From contig CAJVPI010000363.1 of NCBI GenBank assembly GCA_910592345.1, positions 1 through 33,156 of the forward strand: 33,156 bases of DNA, written 5' to 3'. The translations under genes and the position numbers were made by a program. Numbering within the stretch: position 1 is the stretch's first letter; every line of letters begins with the position of its first letter. This DNA is from Paraglomus brasilianum (lineage: Eukaryota). Of the stretch, positions 13,388 through 27,420 are shown piece by piece. A model generated the notes under the pieces. That model was not told the origin of the DNA and searched no databases. It was given only the letters and a program-made list of their open reading frames with translations.

Positions 13388-14121
13388 TCTCTAATGGTTG
13401 TTCCATCTACTTATATGCCCCTATGTAGTAATTATGATAGGAGATCTTGTCAAAAATGGTCAAATGGCATTACAAATTTCAGTTAGGTTTCACCAGATGC
13501 CATATTTCTTTGATAATTTGGGTCAATTGGGGCGAACAAACAACATAAAGATTTCAGGGGGTCAAAAATTGAATGCCATAAATGCCACAAGATTAAGAAT
13601 ATTTCCGCTCCCCCGGCAATAAATTCTAAGCCAAATAAAAGCCACACTTGCCACATTTAATATTAACGTTGGTTTAGTATTAGTATTAGCGAGTTAATTC
13701 AAACCAAGTCACAGATATTTGAGAGATCCGCCAAATGGCCCGAATTCTTATCAAGTTGAAAAAGATGCGTTCCTTGGTCGTTGCAAAGTTGAAGAAGCAT
13801 TCATCAAAAAGTAACATAACGATCCGATCACTTGTTCAAAAAAGAAATTTGCCGAGTTGCCGGGGTCCATCATAATCAGCATTTCTATTGGTGCGTTAAA
13901 TGAAAGCAAACAAATACCAAGACGGGTTTGATTTATGTTTTCGATGGCCTCGCTCTTTGTAGTTGACTGCTATACTATGTAGTTGACCGCTATACTGTAC
14001 TTGTTTACAGTGTTGCTACTACCTAATACTAACAAAGCTTAGGTTAATAATAAATATAATAGATAACTATAGGCTAAACTGGAGATATCTTGAACTAACT
14101 TGTTTGATCCCTTGTCTAAAA

Positions 14122-14122
<1 letters not shown>

Positions 14123-14157
<35 letters not shown>
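14123..14157. repeat. (CCTG)n tetranucleotide microsatellite, about 8.75 units
   Basis: cctgcctgcctg run directly visible. Confidence 0.95.
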
Positions 14158-17075
14158 ATTAATATTAATATACTTAGGAACACATTTGTTTAGTCGATAT
14201 GTGATAGCAAGGACTTTTCCAGAGTACTTTGCATGACATCATAAGTGCTCTCCAGCCACATAAGAGTTTGCACTGATGGCCTCTTACAGGATGCTCGTTC
14301 CAGCCATGGCAGTAGGACGAGGTGCTGGCTGATTTTGCCCTCATTACATTTCCTCCAGTTGGTCAAGACACTTGATTGCTGTATTGAAAAGGCATGGTTG
14401 AAATTAAACTCCCGTTCGGAACAAACAAATAAAGAAATAATCACTATTTCATTAGCACGCATTGCATTGCAAGTGTGGCATCCTTATTTGTTCATAAATA
14501 TAACAAAACCCATATACACAAATATTAATATGACGGCATAGTAGAGCACGGAATTAAAAAGTGTGTGCCGCAAACCGAAATGTCTGGCAACAAGTCAAGA
14601 TGTTTTATCTCCCAAAAAAGCATGGGATAACCTCGATCACTAACAGGAGACATTCAATTCCATCGACTGACAGAGACGTAATAAGAATTATGAAACCATT
14701 TCTTTACATACGATGAGCAACCGTATTCGAAGGCATTTAATCGAGGTACCACCCAAAGAAAACGTAGCTTTGTAAATCCTTATTGTAACAAATATTGCTC
14801 GGTTTTAAGCCTGACGACGTATAGAAAGAATACCGAATATTGGAAAATACTTTCCACGCAACAGTTATCTGATTGTTCTTGAATTCATAGTAATGTTGTA
14901 TAGTTTAAAGCATGTGTGTAAGAAATAATAATTATTATTCTCGTCCGATTGTCGGCCGAACGGCAATAGACAAATTAGATTTTATAATAAGAAGAAAGTC
15001 AGTGCTCTGGATGTTATATTTTTAGTTGTGACCGCCCACTAGTACTAGTTGATAATAGTAATAGTAACGGTAATAGCGGCTCCGACGGGTTCTAAGAACG
15101 CCTATTATTACACAGAGGATAATAAACAGGTTTGTTTTTGTCATTGTATGTCTCAATTTATGCGACCGAACTTCTTACATTCCATATAAATCAGGCGCAC
15201 TTGTACAACGGTCTATTTTTACGTAAATCCGTACAATGGAACTAATTTGGGAATTTATTTAAACAGTTTCTGTAACAATGCGAGACTGGTATTAGGGTTA
15301 TTATTAATTAATGTTAACAATGTTATTGTTTATCAGAAATTGATAATTCTAGCAAAAGTCATACTCTACCGCTATCATTGTTGTTGTTGTTGTAGTGGTT
15401 GTTGTAATAATACTAATTATATCTCTTCCCCAATTCAAGCGATTTGCAAGTTCATTCTAATTCTACTTCGACCAATTTTGGCCATGTGTTACCATAAGCG
15501 AGTATGTTCCTCAAAAGGGAAATACGTTTGTTTTACGATAATCATCAAGTATTTACGTTTTTTATTTAGCAACCATGGTTGCGTGATGCGACCTAATTTG
15601 TTTGCTTGAATTCTCTGTTTGCCTAAATGGAGGAGCTCTATCGCAAAGGGACCGGACGAATGTATTAAACTGCGGCTGTATGTCTAGCAGTTTACACCAC
15701 ATATGATGCAAGGGGTCATGACGGCGTAACGGCTATCCCATGACTTTGGTAAAAAAGGTATTTGAAATTTCTTTAAAATTACTGGAATAATAAATTTGTG
15801 TAAACGGGAACGAAAATCATACTTTTATGTCAAATTTGGTTTTGGCATCTAATTAAAGAGAATCATGTAAAAATCAAAAGCAAATGAGCGTACGTCGATT
15901 AAACCGTTTAGCTATTACCTCTTATTCTGGAATAATCACGTGGAATTTCACATTTTATAATTGTGACAGCTTACCAAACCATACGCATTATCTTGGCAAA
16001 CAGCTACATAATTAGTCAATGTTTATAATACTATTAATTAATTTTCATTAACTAAATACATAGTAATAGTCTATTTGACTGGCTTTTTGGACTGGCAAGA
16101 AAAGTTACTTTGTTATACTAGCAAAAATATCGTTACCAATATTGAAAATATTACCATTGACACGTTTCTTGTATTCTATTGCTTTTCCCGATTGAGATGT
16201 GAAAAAAAAACTTAGTCGAAAAGCTTGGATTTCAACGAAGATTCTTCGGTAATGAACTTTTTGATCAACAAATTTGCTTGTGAAATGGAAAAATCGAATT
16301 TCTCGATAATCCACCCACATTATTTTGATACCCATCCTACATAATACCTGATTTAATAAACCTTTTAATCGTATGGACAATGCGTTGCCCACGTTGATGA
16401 CACGCAAGTAAATAAACTATTGAGCAATCAATCGCATGGGAAAAATTTTACCACGGCTTGGAAATCGATGCTGGCTACATTTCCACAAGTTCATTTCTCC
16501 CATTCAGAGCTCAATAATGTTTATACACACCACTGTCAATATGCTGTGGTTTTGGCTTTTCCAGTTTTTGCCACTATTATTGTCGTCGTTGTTTCGTTAT
16601 ATTGTTGTTTGTATTATTATTAGTAATCTGCAATGATGAAGATCCGATGATTGGCTGGTCACAAGCCTATCCATTAATGTTGATTGTTTACCCAAAAATG
16701 AAGGACAAAACTTTTGTCAAAATGTTCTTCTTAAATGACTTGTAGAATAAACATATATTACCCACAGTTGTCTGCGGGATATTTGAATCCATTGATGCAA
16801 AGAATACATACGTGAATATTTCAAACTAGCTTTTTTATTGGTCAGATATCAAGGAGAAGCATGGTTGCTTTAGAACACTCTATGTAGAATTGTCGATCAT
16901 TTCAATACATTGAAATATTATATATGGGGCATATTAATATATATATAACTGTTCCTTATTCATCAATGTCAAGTGCCCAGAGAATGGTGTAACAATTTCA
17001 AGATCGCTGTTCTATTACATAAGAGTAACTCCGTAAACTAACTATTCACACTAGAACACATTATAATTATTCTGA

Positions 17076-20000
17076 ATGAGTCAAGCCGCGAGGGGAATCG
17101 GCGACCTGAGGCATTCAGCAGCATCGACTAATGATAACTTGAGGCGGTCTACTAGTGTGAATAGACCCAAGGAGTTTGCATCAAAGGTCAAGAACAGAAA
17201 AACTTCGAAACGAGAACGAAGAGTGTTTGTTAATCTGCCTCTGTCCAAGAATTACCTTGACCGTCGAAATGATCCAAAAGTCAAATATGTATCAAACAAA
17301 ATTGTTACTTCAAAATACACGACATTAACGTTTGTACCAAAGAACTTGTTTGAACAGTTCAGAAGGGCAGCCAATATGTATTTTTTGTTTATGGCCATCC
17401 TTGGACTGCTCCCTTTTTTTAGTGTGAATAACCCAGTTTTAACGGTACTTCCATTATCAACGGTTGTGTTTATTACAGCATGCAAGGATGCAGTCGAGGA
17501 CTATAGTCGACACAAAATTGATCACCAGTTCAACAGTTCAACATGCTACTATCTGAAGAACTTTATTAACATCAACTATCCTATGGAAAGGCATGTTTCT
17601 CTATTTAATAGAATCATCTCGAGTACTGTGAACTTTTTCGCAGAGTTGGTCAAAACAAGACCAAAGGATCAGAAATCTTCACGTGACGTTCAAGGACAAA
17701 GTGAGGCTGAGGAACGCCAAGAGAGTATTGACGAAGAACCGTCAAATAAGGTTAATGGTGATCCGAAATGGAAAAAAACATATTGGCGCAATGTCAGAGT
17801 CGGTGATTTCCTATTTCTCCGTAATGGCGATGCAGTACCAGCAGACGCTATAATACTTTCCACCTCTGAACAAGAAGGCGGATGCTTCGTAGAAACCAAG
17901 GATCTCGACGGCGAAACTAATTTAAAACCTAGGAGGGCTATCCCTGACACTAACAACATTAGGTCTGGAAAAGACTGTGTTGAGACAAAGTTTTATATTG
18001 ATGCTGAGTCGCCCAACTCGAATCTCTACTCTTTTTCTGCTGCCATAATATTAGTTGATCCGGCTGATCCAGATCTACAACAACCGCCGGTTGCTGCGAC
18101 TAGGAATAGGGATTCGATACAGTCTGTTCAGACTACTAGTACGAATCGTCCGAATTCAAGACACAGCAGTTTTTCGCTGCATGATTATAAAGTACAAAAG
18201 TCTATTCCAGTCAATATAAACAACTTATTGTTACGCGCGCACGTTATAAGAAATACCGAGTGGGTGATTGCGGTGGTTGTGTATACTGGCGTTGAGACTA
18301 AAATTATGCTAAATAGTGGAGAGACTCCTAGCAAAAGAAGTCGGATCGAAAAGGAAATGAACAAAGAGGTATATGTCTTGTGCTTGCCATATCCCAGTTC
18401 TCATTACAATATATGCCATATATGCCTAAACTTTCAAATTTCACCTTACAGGTTATATTCAATTTCTTTGTTCTTATCGCCCTCGCTTTGATATGTGCTG
18501 TTGGAAGTGCAATATCTTCTGCAAAATTGTCAGCTAAAACGAACGGGATAGCCACTATGTTGTTAGATTCTAATCGGGATAGCATTGCATTTGCCGCTTT
18601 CCTAACCTTCTGGTAAGTATGATCCTGCAAATAGCAATTCACTTCCCCAAAGCTCGAAAAAAATCACTGAAAATGCTTTCTGTACATTCAACAGGGCAAG
18701 TCTGATTATCTTCCAAAATATTATTCCCATATCACTGTATATTTCTATCGAATTTGTAAAGACGTTTCAAGTAAGTTGGCTCACAATATTACTTCAATCA
18801 AACGGATCATGTCCGATGCGATATAACCTACTGATGATCCAATCAGGCGTATTTTATTTATAATGACCTCGACATGTGGGATGAAGACTCACAAACTTCT
18901 TGTGTTCCCAAATCTGTAAGTAATTTTCTTTTTCTAGCCAATTTTTTCCAGCTAATCGCTAATGATGCATTTCTCCTTTCCAGTGGAATCTATCCGATGA
19001 TCTGGGCCAGATAGAATATGTCTTCTCTGACAAAACCGGAACACTTACTCGTAACATAATGCAATTTCGTGAATGTTCAATTAATGGTAAAGTCTACGGA
19101 CATAATGGATGGGGCGGTAAAACCGATGCCGAAAAAGGAAAAGAAGTATTGCGAGGGCAAGGAACAGACGCCAGAAACAATAGGCAAGACCCAGAAGACA
19201 TATGGCGATCTTATATCACTGAAACGGGAAAGGTCTTTGAACCCAAATATGCAAGTACGGATCCAAGCATCTTGACTTTTGTCGATCCAGAGCTCTTCAA
19301 AGATCTACAACGTGTGAGGAACAAGGACAACGGCTTGGCGTCTGGCGGCAGTAGCAGTGAAAAAGTAACAGAAACTGATAGCAACAAGGGAAACGCCGAA
19401 AAAATAAAAGAATTTTTTACGCTCTTGGCAGTGTGCCACACTGTAGTAGTAGATTCAAGTCCAGAAACAGAAAGAGAAGTGGAGGGTAGCGATAGCAAGG
19501 CAGAATCTGAAATGTTGACATCATCCGACACTAATTCATCGACTAATGATGTTACTCGGAATAATAACAGTACAGATGACATTCCTAATAAGAAATTGTC
19601 TCTTCAATTTGCAAAAGTCAGTATCAAAAAACACTTGAACACAAAACGCTTGGGTTCCATCGTGCCATCCCTCGGCAGTTTAAACACTTTGGTTGGGCCT
19701 TCTCCTTCAGTCAAGAAAGGCACACCAATAGATCGTACTGTTGCTGTTCCCTTGGTCTATAAGGCAGAATCTCCTGACGAAGCTGCACTAGTTTCTGCGG
19801 CGAAGAATGTAGGTTTTGCTTTTTTGGGACGAAAGAGTAATTATTTGAAGGTAGACATACTCGGAAGGGAGTATGATTTTGAGGTGCTGAACGTTTTGGA
19901 ATTTAATTCGACAAGGAAAAGAATGAGTATCATTGTACGAAGACCGAAAGAGTTGGGAGGCGATATTGCATTGTTTTGTAAAGGAGCAGATAACGTCATA

Positions 20001-22008
20001 ATAGAACGTCTGGCTGCGGGACAAGATGATCCCATCACGGCGACCATGAAGGACATTGAAGACTTTTCTAATGCGGGTAGGTGAATTCTATGCGACAGCC
20101 CTTTGTTTTAAGCTTCACCTCACTGCTCTCTTTTTTTTTCTCCTTCCCTTTCCTTTCTTCCTCTTAGGTCTTCGGACACTGACCCTAGCATACCGTACGC
20201 TTGAACCAGCATACTATGCTGAGTGGGCTGCAAAATATCGTGAGGCTTCAACGTCGATTGAAGACCGCAACATTAAAATCGATGCTACTGCCGATGAAAT
20301 TGAACGCGAGCTCATATTGCTTGGTGCTACTGCCATCGAAGATAAACTTCAAGAGGGGGTACCCGCATGTATAGCTGCTCTTCGTGAGGCTGGAATGAAA
20401 GTGTGGGTACTTACTGGTGACAAATTGGAAACGGCTATCAATATTGGTTTTGCAGCACAACTACTTACAAAGGATATGAAGTTATGGACATTGAGAAATG
20501 CAAATAAGAAAGACGTTATTTCAAGGTTTAATGAAATTGTTGATAAATTTATCGATGCTGATGGATCAGTACGGATGGAAGATAAAGATGGGGAATATTC
20601 AAGTTCACAACGACATGCGTTTGTGGTTGATGGTGGTGCTCTGGCACATCTATTGGAGGACAAGCTTTCACGGACAAAGTTATTACAAGTTGCCGAAGTA
20701 TTTGCATCTGTAATATGTTGTCGAGTGAGTCCCTTACAAAAGGCGTTGGTTGTAGAATTAGTCAGGAAGGGTAAGAGAACTGTCACCCTGGCTATTGGTG
20801 ATGGTGCCAACGATGTTAGCATGATTCAAGCAGCAAACGTTGGAGTTGGCATTTCAGGTCAAGAAGGTGAGCACAAAAGCGGATAAATGTCACTTTATCA
20901 GTTAGTATGAAACTAATGAACAAGGTATTCCGCCTTTGAAATAATTATAGGTGTACAAGCCGCAATGGCAGCCGACTATGCGATTGCCCAGTTCCGATAT
21001 CTTCAGAAATTACTTATAGTGCATGGACATTGGGATTATATGCGCATTTCCGAAATGATATTAAATTTCTTTTATAAGAACGTTATTTGGGTATTTCCAG
21101 TGTTATGGTTTCAGATATATTGCTTGTAAGTGGTTGGAAAAAGTTAAAAAGTCCGAGACAATTATTTGACAACCACCATTGATACTGACTGTTACATCTT
21201 CCTTGCTCTAGATTCTCTGGAAATATTTTCTATGATTACAGTCTTGTCCAACTTTACAACATGATCTTCACAGTAGGACCTGTTATTGTACTAGGTAATC
21301 TATTCATTCACTTTGACAATGTTGATATTAGTATTTTATTCCCGTCTCCTTTTTCTCAATCACCAACTAATTATCTCATCGTCTCACTTTCCAGGTACTA
21401 CGGATCAGCCCGTAACGGCTTCATATTGCCTCCGCTATCCTGGTATCTATCGCATAGGGATAAAGCAACTCCGTTATAACCGCTTCCGTTTTGCACTATA
21501 TTTTCTTGATGGGATCTGGCAATCTCTAGTTGTGTATTATACCTTCCATTTCATCCATTACAACACGCAAGGGATAGTCTCATCGTCATCTTACTCGACC
21601 GGTACAAATGAATTCTCAACGGCTGTGGCAGTGACAGTAATCATAATTGCTAATCTTTTTGTTGGATTCAACACATACCATTGGAATATATTCATCTGGA
21701 TCACTGTTTTTGGAGAGATTGTTATGCTGTTTCTATTTGTTCTAGCTTATGGCGCATCTCGGTCTCTCACGCTTTATGGCATTGGAATACAGATATTTAG
21801 TCAAGGGACATTCTGGTTTGGAATGCTATTTGGAATATTGGCAGCGGGGCTGCCTAGATATGTGATAACATTTATTAAGCAGTGGTTCTATCCTGATGAC
21901 TTGGATATTGTCAAACAGATTAAAGCGAAAGAAAAGCAACGCTGGCAAAAGTCAAAAACAACAAAGCTGACAAAGCCTGAGATTACTATTGAAGATGCGA
22001 CACAATAA
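17076..22008 (+). CDS. P4-type ATPase phospholipid flippase, Dnf1/Dnf2-like, 9 exons, about 1420 aa
   Basis: Exons 17076-18368, 18452-18612, 18695-18770, 18847-18915, 18984-20076, 20168-20866, 20951-21125, 21212-21294, 21395-22008 are in frame. Motifs: DGETNLK, IPISLY, SDKTGTLT, ESPDEAALV, EFNSTRKRMS, KGAD, TGDKLETA, CCRVSPLQK, GDGANDVSMIQ, plus C-terminal TM helices. Confidence 0.96.
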
Positions 22009-22476
22009 TTAATTGTATTAATTCATGTGATATAATTGTTTGATATTGTAACATTTATTTTAGATCTTTGTTCTTAATTAGAGAGTAAATGAATGAATAT
22101 ATTAATATAAACCACAAAACCATAATTCAATGTAATGGCGTTATGAATTGATAAACTGAACCGAATGGAGAATCAGAGTTTCATGGCATAAATAAATTGA
22201 TTTTGTGGGTTCAACGCAAGGCAAGAAACTAAAAATACGATATACTTGCCTAGTTTACGGTACTTATTCCATTTTCCATGTATCGTAGACGCGTTCTTTT
22301 ATTTCGGAATAACGAATATCTATTGGTGTTATAATTAACGTTGGTAGACTTTCGGTCATAATTCCAAAAGACATAATACTCATTTGACAAGTACGGCGAC
22401 CTATAGTTTGTTTTTCTGACTCTTTACAAAAATCAAACCCGAAAGCTACCTAATAGTCGTTTCACCTTTTGTATAT

Positions 22477-24269
22477 TTAAATTATTGGTGTCGGGATTTC
22501 TTCCACACTTTCTAATCCAGTAACATTTAATTTCCTCCTTCTCTCTATCCACTCCACGACTCTTCCGGCTAACATTCGCGAATTCAATACAATGTCATTA
22601 ACACTAACGCCCAGATAACTAGCTCCCGCTACACTCAGCCTTCCCCCACACATATTCCTAATAGAATGGTGTAATTCCCGCATTCTGTCAAGATGCCCCA
22701 CTTGATACTGTGAAATACATTCCCTCTGAATAGTAACATTCCACAGCATCGGTTCCTCTCTTATTCCCAAATGGTTCGATACAACCCATCGCGCATGAGA
22801 CAACAATTCATCTTCATTTGGAATCGAATTCATTCCGTAATAATAATGTCCCCCCAGCATCACCGTCAGCTTGGTTATATTTACTTTATCCTGAGATGGA
22901 ACTGCATCAGAATCGAACACGACTCCAAGAGCACTATATATATTATTTGGTATTGATGCTGGAATTAAATAACCAAATCCAGTAACAGGGAGAAGAGATG
23001 GATTCGAATACGCTAGATTTACAACTGCCACAGTGACTGAGGGTGTTTGAGATAGATAAGGAAGGGTGGGAGTGAGAATACGTGAAAGAATATGAGATGA
23101 TAGTGTGCTTATGATGTGCGAAGATGGGAAGACGGATGACTCTGTATAGACCTGAGATAAAACGAGGAGAAAGGGGGAATCATTCACAAGAGAAGAGTAA
23201 GTTTTGATGGAAGACATAATGATTGATTGATATGATGAAATACTCGTTAAACAAAAAAAATCATAATTATCAATTAGCAGTGGAACTAACTAACCTTGGC
23301 TTTCTCATTCTCGATTTCAAGCTTAACAACTTTCTCACCCATTTTAATGGCTACATTCTCTTTCTTTCTCAATTCCCTTTCCAGCGCATCAACTATCATC
23401 TGAATTCCATCCTTAAATGAAAATATGCTGATTTTACTCATATCATTAATCAAATCTCCTACACATTCTCCAAGTTCCCTCTCTAATTCCTTCTTATCTT
23501 CCACTTCCTTCAATCCTCTCATTAGTCCTTTTAACACAGATCCATAGTAATGTTCATAATAATACAAAGAAGGAAAAACAGAGCGAACAGATAACTGGTT
23601 GGCATCACCAGCATATATCCCATGTATCACAGCACTCATTATATTGTCAGCAATGTGAGAATTAAACCGACGGGCTATAAACGCGGTGATAGATTCGTCA
23701 TCAGTGTTGGCAGGTTTGACAAAGGGTTCACGAAGGATGCCCGGAATTGCCTTGCGGATGAAAGCACGGGATAAAGACGGAGCGAGAGAAAGAAGAGAAT
23801 GAGGTAACTTATTGAGACGATCGGGATAGTAAATGTAACGATTAAGCGCAGCAGGATGAGTTTTTGGTATTGTTATGAGAGAAGGTATGAGATTAAGAGA
23901 TTTTATCTATAGTGATAAATGATACGTGTTAGAAAAAAAAAAGTTACTTGAACAACAGGCACGTAAATGCGAACACATTTCTCACTCTACAACATTACCC
24001 TAACCCTCTTTTCTCTACTTCATTAGCTTCCTCACCAACTCCAATACGGCTAGCCCGCCCAGCCCACCGGGCCTTAATGTTCGTGGACCGTACTCAAAGA
24101 GTATTCCCTGCTCTCCATGTCGTCTTGACTGTATCCACCCACCAAGTCTGTTTGATGCTTCTATTATTGTTATTTTACATGACTTTGGCAAACTTCGTGA
24201 GAGATACCAAGCCGTAGAGAGACCTGATATACCACCACCTAAAATGGTGATGTTGAATGTGGAAGGCAT
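22477..24269 (-). CDS. HEM14: Protoporphyrinogen oxidase, 3 exons, about 506 aa
   Basis: Exons 24269-24036, 23906-23295, 23151-22477. Motifs: FAD-binding GGGISGL, RLGGWIQS, FEYGPRTLRP, HGIYAGD, GFGYLIP, LGVVFDS, KLTVMLGG, QYQVGH, GVSVND. Confidence 0.95.
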
Positions 24270-24869
24270 AGGAAATTATGGGTGTTCTCATCAGTACCTT
24301 CCCTACCAGATTTTGGTAACGTTTCGAGTTACTAAATTTGGTAGGGGAGATATCCCCAAATATTTGCAAACATAAGCCATTTTGGCCAAACCTTCCCAAG
24401 CTTTTATCATTGTTACTATCAATATGAGAAACAAGCTCTGCAAATGATGCCTATTTGGAATGGATTCCATTTGATTATATTTATAATATTCTACTCGTGC
24501 AGAGGTTAAATTGATTCCACTTGACGAGACAGATGATTTATATTAAAATCATGATTAAGAACTTACATACATTCTCCAACGTACTGGGTATCTTTATCAT
24601 ATGTTTTCGCGTTTATTCTAAGCAAGGAACAAATACCTTCAATTGAAGCATCTTCCAGAAGTGTTATCATATTAATACGTGTTCATTGATCTGCATGATC
24701 CGCATTTATAATTTCCAGACCCGTTATGTGATATTTTGCTGAGAAAACCATGTGAGCGTTCAGTAATTGGCTAGCTCTTTCAATAGAGCTTGATATTAAA
24801 ACACTGTTCTCTAAATAACCGATCGGTATAACGCGGATTCCGGAACTCTCTACAGAATTACTGAAATAC

Positions 24870-25275
24870 CACACACGTCGGCAACAGTTACGCTTAACAA
24901 AAATGTAAATTATATGATTGTTGAGTTGCTAGTGATTGACGACGAAAGCGTCTTCAAAGAGTCAAATCATACTTAATATGCTGGGGCACACAATCACGCT
25001 TAACAAACATGTAAACTATATGAGCATTGGATTCTTAGTTGTTGTATTAGTGCTGATTGACGACAAAAATTGATTTCGCAATCAAGCAAATCATTATATG
25101 CAACCTCAAATCATACTTAACATTCTGAGTCAAATTGTCGCACACACATCGGCAACAGTTATAACTAACAAATATGTAAGTTATATGAGCATAGGAATTC
25201 TTGACGACAAATATCGATTTCGTGTCTTCAAGCAAATCGTTATTATTATAGCAACTCAAAATCGTACTTAATATT
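24870..25275. repeat. Three degenerate tandem units of about 115-155 bp
   Basis: The blocks taacaaaNatgtaaNNtatatga, ttgacgac and aaatcRtacttaa recur three times in the same order. cacacaNNtcggcaacagtta is shared by units 1 and 3. Confidence 0.8.
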
Positions 25276-25284
25276 AATATCATG

Positions 25285-25341
25285 TACAGTCAAACCTCGT
25301 TATACCGATATTTTCGTTCTGCCAAAAATTTATCGGTATCA
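25285..25341 (+). mobile_element. Putative pogo/Tigger-like (Tc1/mariner) TIR end
   Basis: TA|CAGTCAAACCTCGTTATACCGATA matches the usual pogo-type terminus pattern and has an internal inverted taccgata...tatcggta. CpG-depleted DNA starts immediately after it. No matching second TIR was found. Confidence 0.5.
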
Positions 25342-26084
25342 GTTTTTTCTTTTCTACTGATAATATATGGAGCAGATTACAACAAAATCAGACAAAGTGA
25401 ACATTCTGAAATGAGAATGCTGATGTGGCTGAAAGTTAACTAATTTGATTAATGACTTTTGACTGTGACGTTGATTTTTTTAGTATACCAAAATGTGACT
25501 AACAGTCCTCAACCTAATTGAAATAAACTTGACACTTTATAAATACAAAAATTTCATATAGGATTACCTCCATCTATTAAAATATCAAATCCACTATGGA
25601 ACCAAAGAATTACAGCACCATTAGAAGCATCTTAAAGAAAGCTCAAGGAGAAAAATTGCCCCTTATATTTTTAAAATCAATGATACCCAAACAGTCCAAG
25701 ATCTAGGTAAAGAAAAAATCACTTATGAAATTTACGAAAAATAACAAACATTAAGAAAGAAAACAGAATAATGATGACCATTACAAAATAAAAGGCGAAA
25801 ATATCTGGACAAAAAATTTTAATACAAACAAACTTACCATCTATTTCAGCTCTTATTAATGAAATTTCTAAACAGAATTAATGTTTTATTCTTACTATAA
25901 TTTATAAAGTTATCTTTTTTTTAAACAGTGGTTTTGCTTTTTTTTTGTTATTATGTGAACTGTTCATGTTTTGGTTTGGCCATTTTCATCTTTCATTGAC
26001 ACACAATAACAAACTAAGCCTGAATAGTCTTCAACACCTCATTGACTTTCCATGATTCACAGAAATGTTATAGTTGTGTAAGGT

Positions 26085-26260
26085 CTACAATCCAGTTTGA
26101 CCAATCAGAGAAAAATTTCATCTCAGATTTTGAGCAATGGTAATTTGAGAATGTGCTTCTTTGTTTTTAGTGTCTGATAACAAGATCAAACCATCAATTG
26201 CCTTGAAGTTTTAGACAAAAGGAACATAAAGTGCCAAATTGTGACCCAAATCAAATACAG
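26085..26260 (-). pseudogene. Degenerate Crinkler (CRN)-like C-terminal nuclease-fold domain relic
   Basis: The minus strand gives LALYVPFV*NFKAIDGLILL, then in a shifted frame KEAHSQITIAQN, then SEMKFFSDWSNW. The LYxP...NFxAIDG...QITIA...SExxFF pattern is recalled from fungal CRN-family proteins. It contains a stop and frameshifts. Confidence 0.45.
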
Positions 26261-27181
26261 GAAAGTTTCCACTGATGCACTCTTTATAACATAGTGTCCA
26301 TATTAAATGTGTGTATTGTGAGAACCATGTGTAAATACTAAAATATTATAGCATTTGAAAAAATACATACAGTTTTTGCTTCACTTAACCAACTACATTG
26401 TGCATAAATTCCACATAACATGAAATATCTCTTGTTGATAGGAAACAAATCAATGACCACATTATTTGTGATTGGATATACATGTGTCACTTGATGTGTT
26501 TTGATGTATTTTTCATATTCTTCTGCTTTCACTAAGGTTGCGCTGGGATTTTCTCCTTTTTTACATTCAATCTGACCTTGGGTCAGAGGAAATCACATAC
26601 AGTCGATATCACCCCAACTTGACTCGTAGATTTGCGATGCTGAAAATGTCTTTACCGTTGTATCTTATTGTGCTGATATTACTAAATAAATCAAAGAAGT
26701 AACAAAACAGCTTCCAAGTAATCTCTCAAAGAATACTATTGAGAAAAGGGCAAGATAGACTTGTGATGAGCATTCTTTGAGCCTTATGCTCTCTAAAAGT
26801 GCTCTTGAATTTTTCGAATATACTTTCAAGTTCTTCACCAAACGAGTGATATTCCGAATAACATCTTGGTTTGTACGTCTTCAGCTGGCATAATTAGTAA
26901 GATTCCCAGGTCTGTGAAAAAAGAACTCCTCTTTCCTGCGTCCACGTCTATTGGGTCCATGTCTAGATGTTTTTTGTATGAGGGTGAATGATAAAAGAAG
27001 AGTCGCGATATGGCTCTGTGCTCAGCCCTTTTTATATGTTTCTTACACAAACATGTGATACTTCAGCTATGCCTTTGTCAGTGACAAAGACAAAGAGAAA
27101 ATCTCTTTTATACGCATCACGTTATGGAACAATGTTTTGTATTGTTGTATTGTAGTAACAATCAGAGAGGGGTCCGGTTCA

Positions 27182-27213
<32 letters not shown>

Positions 27214-27420
27214 GTAGAACTTTATTGTCTAACTACGGTTACCCGCTAGAGCTAGTTTTAACATATATGCTAGGCATACATAGGTACAATAAAGAGCTTG
27301 GCTAAGAAGCCTAGAGAATATGTGCAGATGAAATAATATTGAATAGCAATAGTTACAAAGTTAATGTTTAAGATAATAATAAAGAAATTGTTATTGTTAA
27401 TTATGACAGAATATCAATAT
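27182..27420 (-). mobile_element. 3' tail of a non-LTR retroelement or retrocopy
   Basis: A 27-nt T tract at 27182-27208 is poly(A) on the minus strand, preceded 12 nt upstream by AATAAA (tttatt at 27221-27226). The 5' boundary is uncertain. Confidence 0.55.

Noticed and set aside
14190..14462. CpG-poor, coding-like segment between WDR44 and the flippase
   Set aside because: No recognisable protein family was found. It is probably a decayed repeat fragment.
17252..20822. Antisense ORFs over the flippase
   Set aside because: These are typical antisense shadows of a long CDS with no independent motifs.
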